From positions 43,710,001 to 43,774,000 of the forward strand of contig OX597817.1 in NCBI GenBank assembly GCA_951406725.2: a stretch of DNA of 64,000 nt. Direction: 5' to 3'. Each line of letters begins with the position of its first letter. Position 1 is the first letter of the stretch. The notes under the pieces were generated by a model. It had not been told where the DNA came from, did not search any database, and saw only the letters and a list, made by a program, of their open reading frames with translations. The translations under genes and the position numbers were made by a program. This stretch comes from Octopus vulgaris (lineage: Eukaryota). This document shows, piece after piece, positions 38,788-51,222 of the stretch.

Positions 38788-41580
38788 TCACCCCTGAATC
38801 ACCATCTGAGTAAGGAGCTGAAGTTCTTCATCTTTGCTGGTCTCCTCTTTGATTTCCGCTAGCTTTGTGGTTGTCACATCTACAATGTGGTGGACCTTTA
38901 TGCTTAGTCCTTCCATCTCCTGTTTATCATGTGAGGATAGTCTGGAAAGAGCATCCGCCAATATCAGGTCTTTTCCTGGCTTGTACCTGATATCATAGTC
39001 GTATGTTTGAAGCCTTAGTAGTAATCTTTGCAGTCTGGCTGGTGCTTTTGTCAGGTTTTTTCTCTGTATTTTTTCTAGCGGGCGATGGTCTGTTTCTATA
39101 TTGAAATGTCTGCTATACAGGTATGTATGGCACTTTTCACATCCATATACTACTGCTAGGAGTTCCCTTTCAATATTTGTGTACCTTGTCTCTGTGGGTG
39201 AGAGAGCTTTCGAGGCATATGCCATGGGTTTACCTTCTTGTATCAGTGCTGCACCAACTCCTCTCATAGAAGCATCGACTTGGAGTGTTACTGGTTTGCG
39301 TCTGTCATAGTATTGCAGAGTTGTCTCCTTACTGATGAGCTTTTTGATTGTTTTGAAATCCTGTGTGTGTGAAGCACACCAATCAAACTCTACGTCATCT
39401 TTGTTTAGTTCTCGGAGATTTTCAGTGTGATCGGCCAGCTTGGGTATGAAGGCTCCCATGTAGTGAATGAGTCCCAGGAAGCTCCTGAGTTCCTTCTTGT
39501 CTTTGGGTTCTTTAATGTCTCTGATGGCTTCCACTTTAGCGGGGTCTGGTTTAACTCCCTCTGCAGAGTATATAATTTCAAAGAATTTGCACTCCTTTGC
39601 TTTTATAACACACTTGTCTGCATTGAGTTTGATGCCTGCTTGTCGGGTTTTCTCCATAGCTTCATGTAAATTGAACTCATGTGTGGTTTCACCCTTGCCA
39701 TGCACTTGGATGTCATCTGCTATTCCAATTGCTCCCTTGCAGCCTTGGTAGGTCTCATCTATTTGGCGCTGGAAAACATCTTGGCTCACCTTCAATCCAA
39801 ATGGGAGTCGGTTGAATCGATATCTGCCAAATGGTGTGTTGAAGGTAGTGAGCATGGATGACTCTTTGTCCATCTTTATATTCCAGTACCCATTACTGGC
39901 ATCCAGTTTGCTGAATAATTTGGATCCAGCCAATGATGGTGTGATTTCTTCAAGGGTTGGAATTGGATGGTGCTCTCTTTTTAATGCTTTGTTCAGGTCC
40001 CTTGGGTCGAGGCATATCCGTAGGGTACCATTGGGTTTTTCCTTGATTACAATTGAATTCACCCAGTCTGTTGGTTGTATCACTTTGGTGATTATTTCTT
40101 TTTTATCCATTCTGTGCAACTCTGTCTTCAGCTTCTCTTTTAGTTCTAGAGGGACGCGGCGAGGTGGGTGAACAATTGGTTTGATATTGGGGTCGACTGT
40201 TATATGATATCGACATTTCACAAAGCACCCGACTGTATCGTCAAAGCATTCAGGGTACATGCTTATCAGTTCCTCTTTGTTTGTGATTTGTGGTCGATCT
40301 TTGATAGGCATATCACTGTCAATCCTGCTTGGAGCTGCTTTCACTTCAGCATTGATTGATACAATATTTAGCTTTTTGCAGGTATTGAGTTCAAGAATTG
40401 CTGGTCCTTCTGTTCTTGTGACATAAAAAGAACACTTGATTGTTTTTCCTTTGTGTGTCCCTGTGATAGTTGTTTTACCCAGTTGTGGAATCCTGGTACC
40501 TCCGTACGCAGTGAGGATTTCTTCTTTGACTTTATCCTCTTGTGTCATGTGTTCTGGGAACATCTTTTTGTAGAGGTTGACAGGCAAGATATCACTCTGG
40601 GCTACAGTGTCAATCTTTAGCCTTAAGTCTATGTTTATTCGTTTCCTGTCAGACTTCTTTTGTATTCTTATAGTCATGTATGCCTCATTTTTTCTCTGGT
40701 CGTCATTTCCCATCTCATGCACATTTATTGTGCCGACTGCCAAGAATTCCTCTTTTGAGGTGTTTTGTTCTTGGGCATGTATATATCTTCTTCTATTTCC
40801 GCTCCTCTTTGAAAATTGGGGCTTGTTTTTCTGGGATTTTGTTAACCTACACATTTTTTCCCAGTGGTTAAGTTTTCCACATGCTTTGCAGTGTGTACCG
40901 AATGCAGGACATTTCTTCCGGTTGTCGAACTCATGCTCAATACCACAGTACTGGCATGTTCTTTGTTTGCGGGTATGTTTCGTCCTGTGCCTAGATACAA
41001 TATCTACACTACTGCCTAGTGAGCTTGTTTGTAAGGTAAGTGAGGCCATTTGTTTGGTAGTGGCTTCGAATGCTCTTGCAGTGTCTACTGATTCTATCGA
41101 CTGGAGAGCGTCCTTACCTATGAGGGATTTCTGAACTTCCTTATGAGCACACCCCCATATTAATTGATCAACAATTCTTTCGTCCTTATCTTTGAATTTG
41201 CATTTTTCGGCAACATTCTTTAGTCTGGACAGGAAATTGTCAATCGTTTCTTGTGGGTCTTGTTTCAGGCTCTGGAATTCGTATCTGCGAATTCTATGGT
41301 TCGATCTGGGCTCTAGGAGCCTTTCAAATTTCTCTGAAAGTGTGTCTGGGTTATTGCAATCCGATTCTGACATATCCCAGCTATTGAATAGGTCTAGACC
41401 TTTATTGCCCGTCCATAAAAGGATATAGCTTACCTTCTCATCGTCAGTTGTGCCTTTCAGGAAACTTTTGAAAGCTAGTTGAGTTTTCTGTTTGAATTTC
41501 TTAAATGCTTCTACGATATCAACGGAATCCCAGTTCATAATCGGATGTAGATTCATCTGTACGGCGACGGGGGTCGCCAT
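38788..41580 (-). pseudogene. Gypsy gag-protease-RT-RNase H polyprotein ending at a premature stop
   Basis: Zinc knuckles CQYC..H..C and CKACGKLNHWEKMC; protease IDT(V)AQ (degenerate DTG); RT LDASNGYW, LPFGL and IADD; RNase H VDAS, ERELLA and TDH. TGA replaces the Trp of the conserved GWP motif. Confidence 0.93.
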
Positions 41581-41694
41581 CTTGGATCGTCGTGTATGTG
41601 TGTGTCCGAAGACGAAGCGATGTTTTGTTTGTTAAATTTCTGGTTCGTTGTGTTTCTGTTTTGTTGTAAAGGCACAGTTTCCGATTAATTATTT

Positions 41695-41707
41695 ACCGCT
41701 GCCACCA
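41695..41707 (-). promoter_or_regulatory. primer-binding site, tRNA-Leu(AAG/TAG) type
   Basis: TGGTGGCAGCGGT directly after the 5' LTR, complementary to the ...ACCGCTGCCA-CCA 3' end of metazoan tRNA-Leu(NAG). Confidence 0.85.
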
Positions 41708-41928
41708 AGTTATGTGTAGTTTGAGTTCTAATGGGATAGACAACCAATATGAAAGCCATTGATATTGTTTTACGTGTTTATTTACTATTCATGTTACACG
41801 GACTTCGACATTCGGCGTAGTGATACACTATATACTTTACACACAGTTTGTACTGTTCACTAACAAAATAGTGCCAAAAGTGGGGATGTATTCTACACAC
41901 GTGTACACATAGATATGAATGTGTAACA
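41708..41928 (-). repeat. 5' LTR (221 bp)
   Basis: Direct repeat of 37178-37376, differing by about 4 substitutions and a 22-bp extra segment. Contains TATATA and AATAAA on the minus strand. Confidence 0.95.
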
Positions 41929-43128
41929 CACTCGTAAACAACTCATCCATACCGGAACTGTGACTAGTAGAAAACACCGAAACAAAGAGCATGAGAGTGA
42001 CGATACAGAGTAGAAAGCTTAGCTGCTACATTTGTCGGAGTAAAACCTACTCAAGAGCCGAATGTATGGGCTCTATGCAAATAAGGTACGAAACGGAAAG
42101 ATAAGATGGAATCTTTATAATGATCAAAATGATCTTATATAGAATGGGACAATACAGGACAAACAAAAGATAAAAATGTTATATGAGTTCGAATGAGTTA
42201 CATGTTAAAAATTTTCTTAAAAAATATTTTATATAACGATTAATTTTTTCCTTTAACTAGAACTTTTTTTTTAAAAAGTAAAACGAAAACAAAGAAAGAA
42301 AACGAACAAAAAGATTAAAAGATCGAACCCGGCAGCCTATAAAGCCCAGCAACGATCTTTTCCTTTCGTCAATGATTAAGCTGGGTTATTAACACCCACC
42401 TTTCTCATCACATCCTTCCATCGTTTATCGTATTCTCTCGGTGGCAGGGTCTTCCTCTCCAACCCCATCTTGCTCTCCAGATGATATCTGAAGTAAGACA
42501 GCAAGCCGGGGCCAGAGATGAAGGACCCTTTCACCAAACCTTAGAACGGAAAGATAAGATCTGAGTTTAAAATAACTATGGGCTACTAATAAAGGTCTCC
42601 GAAATATTTACCTGACGTCAATAACCAAACCACTACAAAACATGGGTTCTTATTTATCCACTCAGAGCAAAGAACTCACGGACGATTCTACTCCAGCCAT
42701 CATTACATTGATCAACTGGAGAGGTTGTGTAAAGACAGCAGAATGAATGCCCTGATCAATGCAATTGGACTTTTGAATTTTATATATATTGTTTTAATTT
42801 ATGTACTTTATTTAATTATTTGTATGTTGCCTCTTTAAAGTTTTCAAATTTATATTGTAAAATAGTAAAATGGTCGAAAGTATAAAAGCTTCTTGGAATA
42901 TTGTCAACAACAAACTCAGTATCGCATAAACAACAGTAGGTTTTAAATCATTCTAAATATCTATATTCTAAATGTCTAGTCTAACGGTATTCTGAGATGA
43001 TCAAACTTCTGAGAAAAGAACTTTGGAAATTTGGTGTCCGTTCTACTAAGTCTATTTTACATCATACTTCCGAAGTTTTACTTTTGCAATCTTTGTCTAC
43101 ATTTTATAGCCAGTTTAAACAAATATTC

Positions 43129-43200
<72 letters not shown>

Positions 43201-43318
43201 CACATCTATAACATTATTCTGCATGTGTTTGTCTCTGTGATAAAATATTTAATGCCATTTGTCTTCAAGACTGCTGAAATATTTGTCTGAAACATATCTT
43301 TATTTTTCTCCTTATTAG

Positions 43319-43411
43319 AAAAATGATGACTTCTACACACACTATAACAGGATTTATTATTTCGTGATTGACAATGTCGACGACTATTTGTACAGAAAAC
43401 AGAAGCCCAAG
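43319..43411 (+). CDS. CD36-family gene, exon 2 (absent from the ORF track)
   Basis: Polypyrimidine tract then ttag|, 31 codons KNDDFYTHYNRIYYFVIDNVDDYLYRKQKPK, donor |GTATG. Phases 0/0. Matches the CD36 'YFFNxTNxxE..xxKP' segment. Confidence 0.85.
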
Positions 43412-44180
43412 GTATGTTGCTTCAACCGTTTCTCTAAGTATATATCATTCTCGAGTATTATTTATTATTAACACAATCATGTCGTTGGAAACTGGATGTT
43501 TATGTTAGCTTGCCGTCTATAAAATTCGCCCCCAAGCCTTCCTATAGCTGTAGCTAGATATTGTGAGGTAAAAACAATTCTTTAAACTAAGATATTTGTA
43601 GTAAGGGAGAGGAATAAACTGTTGTTACTTAGTTGGCCAGTCGTTATAGAATACGCAATACAAGTCAGTCTAGAACTGATACAGCTTTAAAAACCTTACT
43701 AATAATTAATGTGTGCGTATTAAGCTAATATCAATTATTCCTATATTCAAAATACATAATACTTGCATCCTTTTGTGATATTTATAGTAGCTTGTGTGTG
43801 TGTGTGTGGCTGTATATGACTGCAGATGTTAGGAGCTGTCTATTGCTTCTAGCGTCGGGGGTCAACAATTGTACACAGAAGAAAATGACGAAATCTGTTG
43901 AGGTTTTTTACGGACGAACTTTATTTCTTGTTGACTGAAATGGATATTATTGTGCTTGACGTAAGTGAAACAGTATTACAGCAAATGTCGAGAGACTTTG
44001 GAAGTTATTGTAAAAGTTAATTGCTCTTTGGATTGTCGATTGTTCATCATGATGTAATTGCCTAAGTGTATTGTGATGGAGGAAAAGGACAACAGAAAAA
44101 TAAGTAAACGGGAGAAAGAAATACAAAAGGCCTTACCTGTTGACCTCGTTATATATATATATATATATATATTGATCACG

Positions 44181-44222
<42 letters not shown>

Positions 44223-44269
44223 TTACATACATAAGTTTGTGTGCATGTGTACATTGGTCTTGACATTAT

Positions 44270-44490
44270 TATTGTAAATGAACCTCATCACCATACAAGT
44301 GATGTTGCTCATTTTGAGTCTTCCACGAAAAACATGCATAGCCATGGGGAAATATTACCTTGCTTGGAAACAGGTGAGATCTGGTAACAGGACGGGCATC
44401 TGGCCATAGAAATTGTCTAAATCAAGAAATTCCATTCAATCCATGCATGCTAAGGAAAGTGAACATTAAATGATGATGATGATGATGTTC
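44270..44490 (+). mobile_element. short element with an RTE-type 3' end (another near 56160-56372)
   Basis: ...gggcatctggccatagaaa...catgc...aaagtgaacattaaa(tga)n, similar to the 3' end of the RTE at 57840-57990. Confidence 0.6.
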
Positions 44491-45867
44491 AAGTTAGAAA
44501 TCAATAATTGTTCCTCCATGTACACTAAATATTTGATACAAAACACCTTTTTCTTTCAATAAGTTTTGCTAGCAAAATAAGACGGGGTCAGTGTCTATCC
44601 CTTTTGTAGGTCTACTTTCACAGTTGAATCTGGTGCTTGAAATTTATGTGGCTGATGCTCAGCCTGAACAATGGATCATGTCTGAATACTTACAACAAAG
44701 TGTTCTCCTCTAAAGACAACAAAAGATCAGCTGATGGCACCAAACAAGGTGGTATGTTAGACCTAACACTGTGATGTTAGGTAAACGGAGTGGAGTTCTG
44801 TTGGTTTTCAAGATGTGTGCTCAGTTGTTCAATCTGTTGAACTACTTGCCAGTTGAATTGTCATGTGAGTTGTTGAATGCTCTATAGACCTGAGAAGACT
44901 TACCATATTTAAATAGTGCAATCAGTGTGACACAATTTGAGACACAGTTAGGTCATTAAATTACATATTCTCTCCATTTGACACTTTGCTTCTGTCAACT
45001 CAGTTTCATTCAAAAGTCCAGGAATCGAAACCACAACCATACGATCATGAGCTATGTGGTGTTGGTGGAGGGGATTGCAGATGAGGTAGACGGAAGTGAA
45101 GACTGCAGGGGCATGCGTGGGCAGCGAGCAAAGACGTATTTATTTCTCAACTTGAGCTTATAGTTAAAGATACTAGCCCAAAATTCCACACCTGATGAGA
45201 CTCAATAATTTCAAAACACCAGGTGTCACAGAGTCCCTTGCGCTAATGAGTCAAATATGTTATGAGAATATATTTGTTGTAAAGGAGAAATTGTTCTGTG
45301 ACAAAACATAACAGAAGTTGGCAAATTCACATTTGGATCTTCTGGAATGTATAAAGAATAAATATGCGAGACATCATTTTGATTCTTGCTGGTCACCATG
45401 CATATATCGGTTTATTTTAAACTTTATATTTGATTTTTAGTGTTCTCAGTTGCTAACTGAGAGCTCTGCTTGATACAGCAGGGATATTTGGTCATTTGTG
45501 AATACAGTGGCTTGGGCTTGTTCATAAATCATTTTAATCAACAAAAATGCAACAGTTTAAATGCTAATACAAAACTATGAAGTAATACATTTTTAATGCA
45601 ACAGACACTGGATGGTATAACATTTTTTATTTTTATCACCAACATAAAAAAACAAAAAAAAACCAACAAAACGAAGCAAACAAACAAACAAACAAGCCTA
45701 TATTTGACATTGATTTCAATGGCAAAACAAAATTGAGATAATAACATTGCTTGAAGCAAAAAGTAAGAACAACAGAAGCTTTTCAAAACAGGGGAAGAAA
45801 TTACGTTTATTAAGTTTTGATGAAGCAGCAGCAGTAATAGTGGTGGGTATAGCAGCAACAGTAACAA

Positions 45868-45898
<31 letters not shown>

Positions 45899-46088
45899 TG
45901 TCGTTGTAGTAGTAATCATGACTAATGTTGTTTTAATTATTCTGGCAAATTTGGGAAAAAGACTCTACATATTTCATTCTTATGATCTTATGATCTCATC
46001 AGAAGGAACTGAGACTTTAATAGTCATCCAAATTTATATGTATTTTTATTTTATAATATCCATAAAATGTGATAGTTTGGTATTTCAG

Positions 46089-46247
46089 ATACGTGAAGTC
46101 GGACCCTATGTCTATAAAGAATCTAGAAAACATACACAAATAGATTTATTAGGATCAAAGCTATCTTATGAAATATTACGACAGCAGACTTTTGATGAGC
46201 ATCAAACGAGGTTAGAATGTGGTATAAATTGCCATGAAAATGATAAG
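46089..46247 (+). CDS. CD36-family gene, exon 3
   Basis: tttcag| IREVGPYVYKESRK...CHENDK |GTATG. Contains the hallmark E(V/I)GPYxYxE motif. Phases 0/0. Confidence 0.92.
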
Positions 46248-47166
46248 GTATGTTCTCTCTTTCTCCTTCCTTTTTTAAATTGGCCATTATGATGTTCAGT
46301 TTACGGTGAAAATACTTGCTAATTTGATATTGGTAAAGTATAAAAATTGTATAATTGATACCAACATTATTGATTTGCTTTAATCTTACAAGATGAACAA
46401 GTTAATAATATAATTTTGTTTTTGTTTCAAAAGTGGAAAAACATAACATTAATGTTCAAACATTCAAGTGGTGCCATAGTAAAATAAACAGTTTACTGGT
46501 TAATAGAAACCATAACAAGGCCTTTATGTAGGCTTACTTCATGTTAGCCAATGTCTTTTGAAAGGGTATAATTACAACAAAATTCTCATTTACCCTTACA
46601 CTAAAACACAGGTTGTTTTTTCTCTACCCAATCAAAACATATCTAGTAATTATACTGCTACTAATAGACCTAGGGTTAGATTTCTTGATTTCAAGTTTGT
46701 AGCTCTTTTCAACCCTTGACAGCGGCTTTTTTTTCCCTATTGCTCTTGGGCAAAAAATCACACAAACTCATTTTATTTGCCTTTTGAATCAACCAGAAAG
46801 TTACTTAGACCTAGTTTAGCTCTGAGTGAGGAAACCATTCCAGCAATAACTGCCTCATCTTTATTAAGATGTCATATCTAAAGTTAAATTATTCAATGTA
46901 GAGCTAAATATACAATGTTCTGGGTACTAAGGTGAGGTATGAGGGAGATATGGTTGCTATTTCTAGTACCTTGATTGGTTATGCAGAGATTCTGTCATTA
47001 CTGCATGTCAAGGGAAATGTCTGAGGCAAATACTTTTATTTGCAGCTAAGTCTTTTAAGAACACCAGAGCTGAGTGTCTGCTGCATTAGCCTGACCAATA
47101 TTAATATGTCATTTGTATTGCTTTAGAATTAATCCAATATATTTCTTCTTATTTCATACTTGGAAG

Positions 47167-48058
47167 CTGAACATTTTGAACTTGGAATACTTATACAATG
47201 TTTCTTTGTGGGGAGGAGAAAATAATTTTATACTTTCAAACATCCCTGATCTCTTACAACATCAACTTCATTTAGCTTTCATATTATATAATGGCACAGA
47301 CTTTTATGGGGACTTAGCGAAATTCCCATCAGACGATTGGTTGCAGAGTAACCCGAATGCTTCCCTTAATTGGTCTATCACTAATTGGATAACTCAACAG
47401 ACGATAATACCCAAGCTGTTATTAACAAACTTGTCTTTCAACACAGATGAGATACAAGCTCTGTACAATGTGATTATAGATCCTCAAAAATTTGGTACAA
47501 CCTGCTTAAATGGTCTCAAGAGTTCCACCCAATGCATTAAAGCTGAACAGAAGATGACTGAAAATGAATGTGTTGATAAAGACAATAATCAGCATTGTAA
47601 AAATGCACAAAAAACAGAAAAGCAGAATTCTACATCTGAATTTGGCTTAATTCAACATTTAGAAAATTGGAAATCAACCAATGACACGATCCATCATGAA
47701 CATATCCAACAGTTATTATGCTCGACTGTTGCAAACTTCTCTATCAATTCCACCATTGACTGTTTTGTCTTTGACAAACACAACAAGACTTTGAATATTT
47801 TCATGGATTTGCTCTTTGATTATGTTTTCTCTCACTTGGCCTTGCTCAGTCATAATTCTTTGCCACCAGAATCCAGGAATCTAATTTTCACAACTACTCA
47901 ACAGGATATAGCAAAAGGTTATTTTACAGGAGAATACAAGCACAAAGGTATCTTGACTAACAATTTTGATGTGAAAGACACATTCCAGGAAAACCCCAGG
48001 TGGATATTTTATACCTGCCTTCATGAAAACCATATTAAAAACAACTTTCTTCTGACTG
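47167..48058 (+). CDS. CD36-family gene, exon 4 (892 bp, enlarged apex region)
   Basis: Stop-free frame (ORF 47113-48093). Pyrimidine tract then ggaag| LNILNLEY..., later LIFTTTQQDIAKGY (resembles LFxxxTVxELLxGY). Donor G|GTAAG, phase 1. Confidence 0.85.
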
Positions 48059-48269
48059 GTAAGTATAACATTTATAGAGTATTTCGTTTTTGAAAAAATA
48101 AAAATAAGAAATAAGTGGAAATTTTACCGGTGATTGTGTTAAATTATACCTGGACATAAGACATTTTCTAAAATAAGTTCCACAGTAGGATGTTCACTGA
48201 AAAATTTACAACATTAATCAAGATTTTGATTTTTCAATTAGCCAATAAATACTGCTTAAATAATTGCAG

Positions 48270-48518
48270 AATATGACAACCATACCTGCATCCCAGCAAT
48301 TTACTTCCCACGAGTCACAGCATCATCAAAGCTAAAAGTGAATGGTTACGTATATTTTACACCACAGGCTCCACTTACGACTGTATGCCGAACCCCAGTA
48401 TTTTACTCAGATAAATATTCAATGTTTATGCCTGAGTTCTGGCGAACATTAACGTTTTCTAAGCAGAATGAGCTAGAAATGAACTGTGTCAGAGTGGGCA
48501 GATATTTACCTGTTAATG
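48270..48518 (+). CDS. CD36-family gene, exon 5
   Basis: ttgcag| (E)YDNHTCIPAIYFP...KVNG...FMPEFWRTLTF...VGRYLPVN G|GTAAG. Phases 1/1. FMPEFWRTL resembles FxxDxCRS. Confidence 0.85.
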
Positions 48519-48774
48519 GTAAGTATAAATTCATTATGGACAAAATATTGATAAATTAGAAATTCTCTGAAAATCAATAAAATATTCTTTCTACTTTTGG
48601 TGCAAGGCCAGCAGTTCTGAGGGGTGGAAGCTAATTGATTACATTGACCCAGGTACTTGATTGGGATTTTATTTTATCAATGCCAAAAGGTGAAAGGCAA
48701 AAACAGCCTTGGTGGTATTTGAATTCAGAATGTAAAGAGATGAAAGATATGTTACAAAGCATTTTGTCAGGTGC

Positions 48775-48853
<79 letters not shown>

Positions 48854-48854
48854 T

Positions 48855-49056
48855 GGGAAAAATAATCCAGAATCCTTGTCCAGTACTGGATTGATCCCAA
48901 GATCTAATCAGTTCTTGCCAGTCACGAGGCCAAACATCCCTGAAAGTTTCATCTGAATCCATCCAGCAGTTCTTGAGATATCTTGTCCATGGACAAACAA
49001 ACAAACAAACAAACATGGCTGAAAACAATACTTCTGCCTTTGCTAAGGTAGAGGTG
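48855..49056 (+). mobile_element. Helentron/HINE (DINE-like) non-autonomous element 3' part
   Basis: ...atccatccagcagttcttgagatatc, internal (ACAA)n, 3' stem-loop acttctgcctt-tgct-aaggtagaggt. Confidence 0.55.
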
Positions 49057-51064
49057 ATAATAATCCTTTCCACAAAGGCACAAGGCCTGAAATTTGTGGG
49101 GAGGGGACTAGTCAATTCCATTTACTCCAGTGTTTCACTGGTACTTAATTTATCAACCCTGTAAGGATGAAAGGCAAATTTGACTTTGGTGGAATTTGAA
49201 CTCAGAACATAGCAATGGGTGAAATACAGCTAAACATTTCGTTCAGCGTGCTAACAATTCTGCCAGTATTGTAGAGATACAATATCAAAGACATAAGCAA
49301 AAATGGAAATAAGTTTATTTGCTGAATTATTCTGCTCTTTAAATCCTCTCATTATTGAATGTTTTCCTTCCTCTTTTTAAAGAACAAACATAACCATACC
49401 AAATGAACAAAACACCAAAAATTGTATATTGGGATTACACAGTAAAGGAGGGAAAGCAAAGGGAGATAAGCAATCTTTTTAATTGTTTCGTATGTTTATA
49501 TTTGTATTGAAGAACAGAAAGAAAATATTCGATTATGAAAAAAGTATTCAGTAAATAAACTATTTAATTTTCTGCTTATGTCTTTGATATCGTATTCCTG
49601 CAATACATGTTTACTGTTTTTGTGAGTAAATATGCTCACTGCATCACCAATTGCCTATATTTTATTGATGTTGCACAATGGAACATGTAAATGTTATAAT
49701 ATTTTTCTCAAACAGATTTAATTTTAAAAATGTAAAACATGTTTTAAAGATCGTTTTTCTTTTTATTTTCCCTTAAAATAGTTATTCTGGCACAGCATAA
49801 TAAAAAAGTAAATACGCTATATGTTCCTTAAATAAACTTTCTTCTAAAAATAATTCATCTCAAAATTTGGTGTTCTGTGTATTTGGTCTTTTGGTCCTTT
49901 GGTACTCCGTTCATCGGGGGATTTCAAATGTGGCTTGCTCATTGCTTAGCCTTATTGAAATTGATTGCATATAAGTAACTACCGACTCTGAAAATTGTTG
50001 ACTGGCCTAGTACCTAAATTAGAAACCATTAAATAGATTTAATATACATCCTTATATTTGTATTATTTCCCCCTTCATATTATTAATGGATGGATATTAA
50101 ATTCACTTCAATTGAATTCCTGACTATAGCATCATTTAATTCCATTGCCAACCTTTCCTTAGTTGTGGTTGGGCTTCAAGAGTGTGAGAATAAAAAGAGT
50201 TTCTTTTTTCCTCCATGAAACTATGAATGCAAATATAGCAAATGAGAGCTGTCAAACATTTTGATAAATATATGCATATTCAATTTTACTTGGACACATG
50301 ATTCTAATTTTGGAAAGGGAATGAAATAGTAGATCCAGGAATAGTACTCAGTCTTATGACGTTGAGTGCGGAAAGCTGGAAGCAAATTTGATTCCAGAGG
50401 AATTCAAACATATGAGTTAGAAACTTAGCTGTGTAAAGCTAAATGACTTAAGGAATTACAACTCTGCACTCTTTATATGAATTTAGATATTGATTTACAA
50501 CATTGGTATAATGGACACAAATTATGGTGTGGAAGGCAAGTCAATTAAATCAACACCAGTATTTCACTGGTACTCAATTTATCAACCACACCACCACCAC
50601 CACTATTACCTATTTCTTTACTACCCACAAGGGGCTAAACACAGAGAGGACAAACAAGGACAGACAAACGGATTAAGTTGATTACATCAACCCCAGTGTG
50701 TAACTGGTACTTATTTAATCGACCCCGAAAGGATAAAAGGCAAAGTTGACCTCGGCGGAATTTGAACTCAGAATGTAACGGCAGACGAAATATGGCTACG
50801 CATTTCGCCTGGCATGCTAACGATTCTGCCAGCTCGCCGCCCTAAACCACCACTATTACCACTATCAGCAAAATATTTGAAGGTAAACTCCATACCATTA
50901 TGATTTGAATTTAGAGGAAAAGGGATGTAACCAATTACAAAAATGCATATTTTTGGCCTGCCTTCTACTGTTTCTGTCTTTTACTCTTAAAAATTAATAT
51001 ATTAAATGACTTCAGGCTTTTTCCAGCAAATACACATCTGTAATAATATTTTTTCAATTCTTAG

Positions 51065-51222
51065 ATGAATTCAAAGTCGATGGATTCTTCATTGAAGAGG
51101 ATGGTATTCAGAATGTTACTCAACAATATGGTTATATGAGTTTCTTAAGTCATCCCTACTCAACAGCCAGCAACATTACACAAGTAGAAAGAAAAACAAA
51201 AAGCAACAAATCCCATTGTTAT
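51065..51222 (+). CDS. CD36-family gene, exon 6
   Basis: ttcttag| (D)EFKVDGFFIEEDGIQNVTQQYGYMSFLSHPYS...KSHCY |GTAATT. Phases 1/0. Resembles GxxDvSxxxxGxPxxxSxPHF. Confidence 0.85.

Larger units (their letters stand above)
37178..41928 (-). mobile_element. full-length Ty3/Gypsy LTR retrotransposon (Mag/K02A2.6-like), antisense in intron 1
   Basis: Two LTRs with TGTTA...TAAC(A/T) ends; 5-bp TSD CACTC at 37173-37177 and 41929-41933; PBS and PPT present; domain order gag-PR-RT-RH-INT. Confidence 0.97.

Noticed and set aside
38788-38790. Programmed read-through or selenocysteine TGA
   Set aside because: It falls on the conserved Trp of GWP between RNase H and integrase rather than at the gag-pol junction; a simple TGG>TGA mutation is more likely.
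37652-41428. Plus-strand ORFs within the Gypsy element
   Set aside because: Antisense shadows of the pol frame.
42513-42615. Further hammerhead-like strings (also near 2878, 29391 and 33905)
   Set aside because: Several non-compensatory core mismatches or missing stems.
47113-47166. Alternative exon 4 acceptor at 47126
   Set aside because: Phase 2, incompatible with the phase-0 donor of exon 3. The 47166 acceptor has the pyrimidine tract and the correct phase.
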